Below are positions 1 to 9,748 of a stretch of DNA of 64,000 nt, one piece after another. The position numbers and the translations under genes were made by a program. The first letter of the stretch is position 1. Each line of letters begins with the position of its first letter. Origin of the DNA: Blastocladiella emersonii ATCC 22665 (Eukaryota; Fungi; Blastocladiomycota); the NCBI GenBank assembly GCA_025594325.1, contig JANHCV010000001.1, positions 4,216,001 to 4,280,000 of the forward strand, read 5' to 3'. A model generated the notes under the pieces. That model saw nothing but the letters and a program-made list of their open reading frames with translations, had not been told where the DNA came from and searched no databases.

Positions 1-2250
1 TTCTACTGCTCGGCGCCGTCGTGTCGGGCGACGTTCTCCGCACCAAAGCGCCATCTGCGGGCCTCGTCTTCGCCACCGTGAGCTGGCCGCACCCGGCCGT
101 CGGCTACGTCGGCACTGTGGTCGCTACCGTCGGCGCCGCGCTGCAGAGCATGATGGGCGCGCAGCGCATCTTCCGCGCCATGGCGCGCGACAATCTGTTC
201 CGGTCGATCCGCCTCAACGGGCGGTTCCGCGCCATGGCTATCACGTCGACTCTCGCGTCGCTCATTGTCCTGATCGGTGACCTCGACACGGTGGTGCCCA
301 TCATGACCCAGATCTACCTGACCGTGTACGCGTCGCTCAACTTCTCGGCCGCGCTGTACGGGTACACGCGGCCGCCGACGTGGCGCCCGACGTGGCAAAT
401 CTACCACTGGACGACGTCGCTCGCCGGCGGGATTCTCTGCATCGCCGTCACCATCACGTTGTCGTGGGTCGGTGCGCTCGGCATCTACGCGGCCGTGGCC
501 GCGCTCTACCTCGCGCTGCACGTCCGCGGCGCCAAGGTCATGTGGGGCGGCGAGGGCTTTGCCGCGCTCAGCCTGCAGCTCGCGCAGCGCCGGCTGTTCG
601 CGATGCAGCGCTGGGAGGAGTCGCCGAGCGTGTGGCGCCCGCAGCTCATCGCCTTCCTGCTCCCGCCCGAGCTCGTCGACTCGAGCGCGAACCGCAGCTC
701 GGCGACCAACACCTCGGGCACGCACTCGGAGGGCTCCGCCATGATGCTCGCGTCGACGTGGACGCAGCGCGACAACGAGTGCAACCGCGTCGCGCACCTG
801 CTGTCGTTCCTCGGCCAGCTGCGCCGCGCCGGCGGGCTCACGGTCGTGTGCCGCCTCCTCCCGCACGGCGCCGACCAGTCAGCGACTTCCTTCGCGCACA
901 TTGCGCAGAGCGCCGTGGTCGACGACGAGCGGAGCCGGCTGCGCGCGCAGTTGTCGGAGCAGGGCGTGGACGCGTTCCCCGAGGTGGTCGTGTGCCCGAG
1001 CATCTCGGCCGGTATCACAATGTCGATCCAGGCGGCGGGTGTTGGGATGCTGCGGCCCAACACGGCCGTGCTCCAGGTGCCCGACGTGTCCGAAATGCTG
1101 TCGACGGGCCGCGTGTCGACAGCGGCGTACGCGGCGCTGCAGGACTACGTGACGGCGGTGCGCAACGTGACGCTGCTCGAGCGCGTGCTGATCCTCATCA
1201 AGGGCATGCAGCAGTTCCCCATGGTCGAGGAGATGGACGGCACCATCGACATCTATTGGTAAGCTTCGCCGATCGTTCGCCTGCGCATTGTCCTCGCTGA
1301 CTGACATCGCCACCTGTAGGATCATGTACGACGGGCGGATCATGATGCTGCTCACGTTCCTGCTCATGCAGCACCCCGTGTGGGCGCGGTGCTGGCGGCT
1401 GCGCATCTATGCGATCGTCGAGAGCAGCCGCGGCAGCGAGACTCTGCGGCGCCACCTCGAGCGCCGTCTCGAGGCCATGCGCATTGCGTCCGAGATCCAC
1501 GTCCTCGAGATGCCGCCGGGCACCGCTGCGCGGCCAGGCGACGAAGTTTATGCACGGGCGCTCGACACGGTCATGCGCGTCGAGGCGGCGCAGCGGTACG
1601 TGGCCGTGACCGCCGCAGCCGCGGCCGCAGCAACCAGCGGGATCACCCGCCCGCTCCCGCGCACCCGGACCGTGTCGGGCGCGACGAGCACGCCGTCGCT
1701 CGCCCCGACTACCGTCCTCACGCAGCTCGTCGAGTGGTCGCCCGAGCGGCCCGCTACGGCACCCACGGGCGTGCGCGCTCGCACGCAGTCGGTTCATGCC
1801 GACCTCGAGCGGCGCCGCTTCTCGCCCACCCCGCCGCCCCCGCCGCCCGTCCCTGCGCTGCCCCGGCAGCCGACGCCGACTTTCGGTCATCCTGTGCCGT
1901 ACGTTGCTGCGTCGGTACCTCGACCCTGGTGATCGACTCTGACCATCCGTGACGCGTGTAGGGATCCCGTGCGAGTCCAGTACATGGTCGACTCGGTGCG
2001 GCTCAACGCGCTGATCCGCAAGCACTCGGGCGGCGTCGCGTCGCTCGTGTTCTGCAACGCGCCGGTCCCGAACGTTGAGAACGAGCAGTGTCCGCTCGAC
2101 TGTACGTTGCTCCTTTCCGGCTGAACTTTTCGGTACTTTGGACTCTAACGCGCTGCGGGCTTGTGTGTAGACCTCGCGTCGCTCGGCATCCTCTGCTCGG
2201 GCCTCCCGCGCGTGTGCCTCGTCAAGGGCACGGGCAAGGAGATTGTCTAG
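1..2250 (+). CDS. Cation-chloride cotransporter (SLC12/CCC family), 5'-truncated by the window edge
   Basis: Frame is open from position 3. TM helices are followed by SLC12 motifs (YASLNFSAALY...PPTWRPTWQIYHW; WRPQLIAF; LRPNTAVL). Removing introns 1259-1319, 1899-1961 and 2102-2169 gives IDIYWIMYDGRIMMLLTFLLMQHPVW and RLNALIRKHS...LPRVCLVKGTGKEIV*, matching the KCC/CCC C-terminus. Confidence 0.9.
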
Positions 2251-2744
2251 GCGATTTTGTACCACATTGCATGTCATATCACGTAGTCTTCCTAGTTCAC
2301 CCGCCGCGTTGAGAGCGCACCCGGGGCAATGGGCGCGTCCGGTGCAGCCGCGAGACACCCCCGGCTGAATGCGAGACAGTTGGTCATGTGACGGAGCGTG
2401 CTTAAAAACAGATCCGGTAAGCAGCCTGGGCGCGTGGGCTGCGCCGCAGCGCAAACGTGGGTGCGGCTTGCGACGCCTCCGCCCTCGTCGGGTCGCCGCC
2501 TCTTCGCTCGTCGGTCGCCTTCACCTCCTCAACCGCTACGCAACACTGCATTCGCGCTCCCGCGACTAGCTGCATCATTACAAGCGGAGAGTGTCACATA
2601 CACTCTCACCGTCGCCGACCCGCCCTTGTCCTCGCTGCTGCTGCTGCTGGCCACCAGCGCGAGTTCCGACGGTCTCCTCAATTAGACCCCATCCATCAAC
2701 TCGTCGTCAACTCGACTCGACCACCAACCAACCACTCGCACACC

Positions 2745-4517
2745 ATGCCCGCCATCGGCCGCCTCCTCGGCGCGGCGCTGGCGCTCGTCGTCGTGTGCCT
2801 CGCGGCGCTGGCTGGCGCACAGTCCGCCGGCGGCCGCCAGAACCTCGTCTTCTCCTACTACAACTACCAGACGACGGGCATCAAGCACTGGGAGACGCCC
2901 GGCAACCAGATCTCGCACCTCATCTTCTCGTTCGCCAACATCCTCAAGGACGGCACCGTGACGCTGCAGGGCCCGCAGCACTCGGCCGCCGGCCGCGCCG
3001 CCTACGTCCAGTACACGGAACAGGTGTTCGGGTACGATCCGAGGCGGGCACTCGTACCGTATGGACGTCGCTGACGGTCATTCGCCGCGACCGCGTAGCT
3101 TCATGGACAACAAGAAGTGCAACTGCCAGGGCGCGTGCCTCAAGGGCGAGCTGTACCAGATGTTCCTGCTCAAGGACAAGTACCCGCACCTCAAGCTCAT
3201 CATGTCCGTCGGCGGGTGGACCTGGTCCGACAACTTCTCGGACGTGTTCGCCTCCCAGGCCGCGCGCCAGAAGGCCATCGTCACCGCGACCGACCTGCTC
3301 GACAAGTTCGGATTCGACGGACTTGACGTTGATTGGGAGTTCCCCGGCAAGTCCCTCCGAAAGATCTATAACTCGCGATCCTCGAAAACTAACAAAAAAT
3401 CTGACTTGTAGGCTCGATGGACAAGTCGAAGACCGAGTTCCCCAACTGGACCGCGCGCCCCGAGGACCATGACAACGCCGCCACCTTCTACCGCGAGATC
3501 AAGCAGTACTGGGCGTCCAAGAAAAAGGACTACATCATCACGGCCGCGCTCTCGGGCTTCACCTTTGGCGGCACCCCGTCGGCGTGGCGCGCCATCGGCC
3601 AGGCCCTCGACTACTCGCTCGTCATGGCCTACGAGTACCAGCACGCTGGCCCTGACGAGCGCACGCGTGGTGGTGGTACTCTCCGTCCCGCCGACGACGA
3701 CACGCCCAACGAGAAGAAGAACACGGTTTTCGGCGGTATCAAGTCGTACCTCGACTACGGTTTCCCCAAGGAGCGTCTCGGTACGCGTTTTTTGCGCGCG
3801 AATCCCATCCGGAACTCTGGCTGATCCTCCCCCTCCTCGGTAGTGGTCGGTATCCCGCTGTACGGCACCGGCGTCAAGGGCCTCACCGACAAGATGCCGT
3901 CGCGTGACGGGATCCCGGGCTTTGGTGTGCCCATCGGTCCCAACAAGATCACCAAGACGGACCCGACGGCGTACAACATCCTCATGACCATGTTCCGCAA
4001 GGACCCCAAGTGGAAGTCGTACATTGACACGAAGCGCGGCATCAACATCTTCAACAACGGCAACACGGCGTGGTTCATTGACTCGCCCGCGACCATCGCC
4101 GAGAAGGTCAAGTGGGTCACGGAGCAGGGCTTCGCCGGCGTCATGCTGTGGAACTCGAACCAGGACCTGCCCAACCCCGAGGACTCGCTCATCAACGCCA
4201 TCAACAAGGTGTACCCGGTCAACCTCAACCCGCCCGACAAGCGCACGTCCAAGTGGTGCCTGCCCAACTCCGAGTACTGCAACCTCCGCTGCGATTACGT
4301 GCAGCCCACGGGCGTCGCCACCGCCCCGCCCACCGCCCCCACGGGCGCTACCTCGGACCCCGCCAAGCCCAACTCGAGCGGCCTCGCCAATGTCCCCGCG
4401 AACGGCAGCAACGCCGCCGGCGGGTTCGGCCGCTCCCCGGCCCCGCGCACCGCCTCGCTCTCGGTCGCCGTGGCCGTGGCCGCGGTCCTCGCCGCGGTCA
4501 TCGCCATGTTCGCGTAA
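2745..4517 (+). CDS. Secreted, probably GPI-anchored GH18 chitinase
   Basis: Signal peptide MPAIGRLLGAALALVVVCLAALAGA; LIMSVGGWTWS; intact catalytic DGLDVDWE (DxxDxDxE); LVVGIPLYG; GFAGVMLW; Ser/Thr/Pro/Ala-rich stalk and hydrophobic C-terminal tail. Introns 3032-3098, 3347-3411 (GC-AG) and 3781-3843. Confidence 0.92.
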
Positions 4518-4800
4518 ACGCTCTCTCCCTTGCCCTTTCAGTTACTCCATCGTTCGTCACCACTCGGTGTGCCATTTTTGTTCCCATTTACACTCGCACA
4601 TCATCGCATTCATTGCACGCTCAATCAACATGCACTCTGCTTTCTTGTCCTCGTGTCCTCGTGCGAGCAGGCAAGCGGGGTGGGCTCGACGCGACGGTCA
4701 TCGCGCTAAGAGTGCAGCTCGGCCCCTCTCCCCAATCCGACCACACCCCTGCTATGAATTCTCGATAACTTGCGAACCAACTTGCTGCATATCACGTCAA

Positions 4801-7224
4801 ATGTCCGACTTTACCGCCTTTGCGAGCAACGCCGTCGACCTCGACCAGGGCGTGTTCCACGACTGGCTCGCGGGGCGATCGGGTACGCCTGCTCCTCCCC
4901 ACCCGCCGTCGCCTCGCACCCCGCCCTGACCTCGCTCCCGCGAGTAGTGAGCGAGTCGGTCGCGCTACGATTACACAAACTGCGTGTCCTCGAAGCGCAG
5001 CACCGGCAAGCGCGCGCCGCGGCCGTCGCTGCTGCCGCAATCGCGCCAACGGGCTCTGCCGCGGGACCGCAGCACGGCGAGAGCGCGCCCGCATCGCTCG
5101 CGGCCTCCGTCGCCGACCTTGCGACCGCGACCGCTGCCCCCGACGCGTCCGCCAACAACACCGGCGCGCGGCCGCCGAGCAGCAGCGACCCGTGCCTCGA
5201 CTCGTCGTCGTCGCAACCCAACACAGCCGCGGCGAGCGGTCCGCTCGGCTCGTTCGGGCGGCGCAGCGGGCGGCGGATCGCTGGCGGTGGAAACAACGCG
5301 GGCGGCGGTGGACCGATCGGCAGCCTGGGCCGCGCGTCGCTGACGCCGAGCATCTCGCGCGCGTCGCTGCAGCTGGCCAACATTCTCGGGCGCAGCGCGA
5401 TCGGGACGCCGCGCGCGCCCTCGTCGACGTCGTCGCTCGGGTCGTCGGGCGATCTCGGTGGTCCGCCGGGGACTGCGGGCGCCAACGGCGGTGGGGCGTG
5501 GACGGGCGGGCGGCGCGGGTACGCGGCGTCGGCGTCCGGGTCCGCGATCCTGTCGCGGCGCGGGTCGATTCTCGGGGATATCCGGCGCGCGGTCGGGTCC
5601 ATGGTCGACTCGCTTGGCGGGCGCGATGGTGGGAACGGGAACGGTGGCGGGAGCACGCTGCGCCACGCGGCCGGTGATCCTGCGCACGGCGGTGGTGGCA
5701 GTGGGAGCCGGCCCGGCTGGCCCGCCTCCGCCGCGGGGGCCGCCTCATCGAGCGCGTGTCCCGACCCGAACGACGATCCGGCAGCCGCCATGGCTTACGC
5801 GCAGGCGCAGTCGCGGATGCTGTCGGTGCACCTGCACGTGGTGGCGCAGTACCGGACGTTTGCGACCGTGGAGCCGTACCTGCACCGGCCGCGGCACTTT
5901 CTGACGCAGACGGTGGTGCCGCTACCCGGCGCGGTGCGGCGCGCGCTGGTCAGGCAGTACTACTCGTTTGACGAGCGCGTGATGCGCGAGCTGCTCGGCA
6001 AGAAACTCAACTCGCGCACGCGACGCGAGCTCGACGAACTGGTCGGCGCGCGCGCTGGGGCGACGTCGGTGCTGGCCGCGAGGCGCATGTTTGATAACCT
6101 CAAGCGTATCATGAAGCGGACCGAGGACGCGGCGGACGTGGTGGCGACGATCATGGACGAGTTTGTGCTCCCGCTGGACCTCGCGTCGTGCGTGTTCACT
6201 CTCATAGCGTGCTCACAGCCCGACCTCACTGACCCGACGGAACGCTTGTAGGCGGTACGGCGCCATCATCTTCATCGCGACGCACCGGCTCGAGACGTCG
6301 AAGCGCAAGCTTGCCCTGTACACGTTCGCCGACTTCGAGTACTGCGCAGCCGTGTTCCAGACACACTGGACGCGCAGCGCGTCGAGCGACGACCTCATCA
6401 CCATGACGCAGGACGTGCGCGAGGTCAAGGCCATCTTCCTCGCGTCCAAGGAGCTCATGGAGGAGTACCGCACGGCGATCGAGGAGGAGGCCCAGCAGCG
6501 ACAGCAGCAGCAGCAGCTCGCGGCGGCGGTCGCAGCGGCCGAAGCAGCTGCCGCTGCCGCGGGGATCCCCGAGAACCCGGCGGTGCCCGCGTTCGTCACG
6601 ACGGGCCCGCTCGCGCCCCTGTCGACGCAGGTGTCCGAGGCAGGGCTCCTGCCCGCCACACCGGCGGCGACGCTCGCCGTCGCGACATCGGCGACGCCCA
6701 CGGTCGGCGCGGGCGGCGCCGTGGCCGAGTCGCCGAGCGCGGTCACGACGACGACGCAGGCGCAGTTCCGGATGCTGGTGCGCAACGTGCTGGCGATCGG
6801 GGCGGGACTCAGCCAGTCCAAGGAGCTGCGCGACATCTTCGTCGATCTGGTAGACAAGGTTGTGGAGCCGTGCGCGGGGCTCGGGTGGACGCTGGGCGAC
6901 GTCGAGGCCTTCTTCGACGCGCTCGAGCGCCAGTTCGCGACGCTGCCCGGCATCAACAGCCGGCAGCGGCGGCGGTTCCACCCGAGCTTCGCGCGGCTGC
7001 TCATGGGCGTCAAGCTCGCGACGCTGCGCATGTTCCGGCGCCGGATCGCGGCCGACGAGGAAGCCGCGGCCATGGCCATGGCCGGCGCGGCGACGGGGAC
7101 GCTGGCCGAGGTGGCCGCGGGGGCGGGCATGGCGGGTACCGGAACGATGGCGGCCGCTGAGCCGACGGCGTTGGCGGGCGCGCCGGCGTCCTCTGACAGC
7201 GCGGATGGGCTGGCGGACCCATGA
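4801..7224 (+). CDS. FIBP: FIBP (acidic FGF intracellular binding protein) homolog with a large low-complexity insertion
   Basis: QYRTFATVEPYLH, RQYYSFDERVMRELLGKKL, RRMFDNLKRIMK, HRLETSKRKL and KELRDIFVDLVDKVVEP are colinear with animal FIBP. Introns 4883-4947 and 6188-6251. Confidence 0.88.
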
Positions 7225-7625
7225 TCTGCCGTTGGGGGACAGATACGCGTCGGCGAGTGCGATTGGCAATACACGTTTCGGTGCTCGGCGCTCCCCACGG
7301 TCGCGACCACAGGAGGAGGGGAGAGGAAAAGCGGGAGGGACCCTTCCCCCGCATAAGTGGGTCATGCGAGCGAATTATTTTTCATCGCAGCGCTCCCACT
7401 CGATGGCCAATCGATGGATTTGGAGCGACGTCACGCTCGAGCGCGGGGACTGCTCATGCAGCCTCGAACGTGGCTGAGGCGCGGCGCGTCGCGATAGCGC
7501 GTCTGTCACGCGTCGAATGCAGCGATAACTCTCGTCCGGCCGTGTTGACGGAGCGAACGGCTCCCTTGCCCTCCTTTGCCGGCCGCGGTCTCTTTGCCGT
7601 GCTCTCCCACCTCTCCCGCTGGCCG

Positions 7626-7631
7626 TATAAA
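7626..7631 (+). promoter_or_regulatory. TATA-like box upstream of the putative alternative first exon of MDH
   Basis: TATAAA in very GC-rich context, about 110 nt upstream of ATG 7743, followed by a C/A-rich leader. Confidence 0.5.
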
Positions 7632-7742
7632 GCTGCCGCCGGCCCCGGGTCCTCCCCCCTCCCGACCTTGCACTGCGATCAACGACTACTACGAAGCGAC
7701 CTCTGCCCTCCCTCCCTGTAAACCATCCATCACCAACACAAC

Positions 7743-7805
7743 ATGTCGCCGACCCCGACCACCCTCCCCTCGAGCCTGCTCGCGTCCGACGCGGCCGCGT
7801 CTGCG
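7743..7805 (+). CDS. MDH1: Putative alternative first coding exon of malate dehydrogenase (isoform lacking PTS2)
   Basis: ATG 7743 opens 21 codons (MSPTPTTLPSSLLASDAAASA) ending exactly at donor GTATGC (7806). Phase-0 joining to CAG|TCT (8317/8318) is in frame with the MDH Rossmann fold. Confidence 0.6.
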
Positions 7806-8212
7806 GTATGCATGCACCCTACCCTGCGCTGCTGTGATGGATGCGCGATGATGGCCATGGCGACGACCTCCCTTCCCTTCGCTCTTCGCTCGCTCCCTTC
7901 CATGACCGCCGCGTGCAGCGAACGACGCGTGCCGCAAACGTGTTCCCTGCATGGGAGCGCCCAGCTGAATTCTTATCCGTATCGCAACGGCGGTCGGCAC
8001 GGGCGGCAAAAGCGAGGGCCAGGTCAGCCGACCCGTCAGTCGGGCCCCCGCGCGAGCCGAGCCGTCGGCCTTGCTCTCGACATGGGTCCCCCCTCGCACT
8101 CGCCAACAACAACTCGGGCCTTTCGCGCAACAAAACCCTGCCTTGCCCCCCGCACTCGCCCTCTCCTCTCGACCCACGCATACCCTATACACTCCCTACA
8201 CCACTTGTTGCC

Positions 8213-9572
8213 ATGGCCTCCTCGCCCTCCACTGTTGCCGCCGAGCGCATCCGCTCACTGACGCACCACCTGCGCGGCCCCGCCCCCCTGTCGCCCCTCG
8301 CCGTGTCGCTCGACCAGTCTGCCCCGCTCCGCGTGTGTGTGACGGGTGCCGCGGGCCAGATTGCCTACTCGCTGCTGTTCAGCCTCGGCACCGGGCTCGT
8401 GTTCGGCCCGACCCAGCGCATCGTGCTGCACCTGCTCGACATCCCCGCCGCCATGGATGCGCTCAACGGCGTCGTCATGGAGCTCGAGGACTGCGCCCTG
8501 CCGCTTGTTGCTGGTACGGTTTGACGGGATTTTTTCAACACGCACCTTCCCCTCGCCGTGGCGTTGCGCGCGCGCGTGAGCGGGTCCCTTGATTCGCTCG
8601 AGCGCGTGCGTGCGAGCGCTTTGCCCGATCTACCGCCGCCACACCTGCATGTCGAGCGTGAATTCTTCGCTAACCCACCCGACCCGACCCTCACTAGGCA
8701 TCGTCGCGACGGCCGACCCGCTCGTCGCCTTCGACAACGTCGACTGGGCCATCATGCTCGGCGCCATGCCGCGCCGCGAGGGCATGCTGCGCAAGGACCT
8801 GCTCAAGGCCAACGTCGGCATCTTCAAGGCCCAGGGCGAGGCGCTCGACCGCGTCGCCAAGAAGTCGGTGCGCGTCGTGGTCGTCGGCAACCCCGCCAAC
8901 ACCAACGCGCTCGTGTGCTCGCACTACGCGCCCTCGATCCCCGCGCGCAACTTCTCGGCCCTGACGCGCCTCGACGAGAACCGCGCCCGGTCCATGATCG
9001 CCAACCGCGTCGGCGTCGCCGTCGACCGCGTCAAGAACGTGGCCGTGTGGGGGAACCACTCCAACACCCAGTTCCCGTGCACGGACCACGGCTCGGTCCT
9101 GCTCGCCAACGGCACCACGGCGTCCATTGACGCGGCCGTCAACGACCCCGAGTTCCTCCGCACCACGTACATCAAGAACGTGTCGCTGCGCGGGTCCGCC
9201 ATCATCGCCGCCCGCAAGCTGTCGTCGGCCATGAGCGCCGCCAAGGCCGTGTGCGACCACGTCCGCGACTGGCACTTTGGCACGGCGCCCGGCGAGTTTG
9301 TCTCCATGGCCATCATGTCGGACGGCAGCTACGGCATCCCGCGCGACCTCATGTTCTCGTTCCCCGTGACGGTCGCCAATGGCGAGTGGACCATCGTCCC
9401 CGACCTGCCCCTCAACGACTTTGCCCGCACCAAGCTCGCGGCTACCACGGCCGAGCTCGAGGAGGAGAAGTTCGAGGCCCTCGCCCACATCCACGCTGAC
9501 GCGGCCGCGGCCGCCGCCGCTAACGGCCAGCAGCCACCAACGGCCGCGCGCCCCGAGGTCGCCGCGCACTAG
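8213..9572 (+). CDS. MDH1: NAD-dependent malate dehydrogenase, MDH1 (cytosolic/animal-type) clade, with N-terminal PTS2
   Basis: [62 protein letters not shown]. Intron 8514-8697. N-terminal RIRSLTHHL. Confidence 0.95.
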
Positions 9573-9748
9573 CTCATCCTTCCTCTACTCGCACACACGC
9601 ACTCTCCGTGGTCCTCGATGGCCACTTGTAAGTAGCTCTACCCCTCGTCCTTGTCTCTTGCGCCCACTCCCTATTCCCCCGTGGGCGACGCATACTATAA
9701 CTCGTCTATATTGTCCAACAAAGTCTCCTCTCCATCATCACATCACCA

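Noticed and set aside
8205-8218. GTTGCCATGGC resembling an RFX X-box (a weaker match lies near 34005)
   Set aside because: It overlaps the MDH start codon and is explained by Kozak-like CCATGG; the right half-site AAC is missing.
8514-8697. MDH intron about three times longer than usual, with an imperfect CGCG-rich hairpin; considered as a snoRNA or mobile-element host
   Set aside because: No C/D boxes or convincing H/ACA structure and no terminal repeats; such hairpins are expected in CpG-rich DNA.
9570-9640. Possible stop-codon readthrough giving a PTS1 on MDH, as in animal MDH1x
   Set aside because: The stop is TAG CTC, and the extension ends ...MATCK*, which is not an SKL-like tripeptide.
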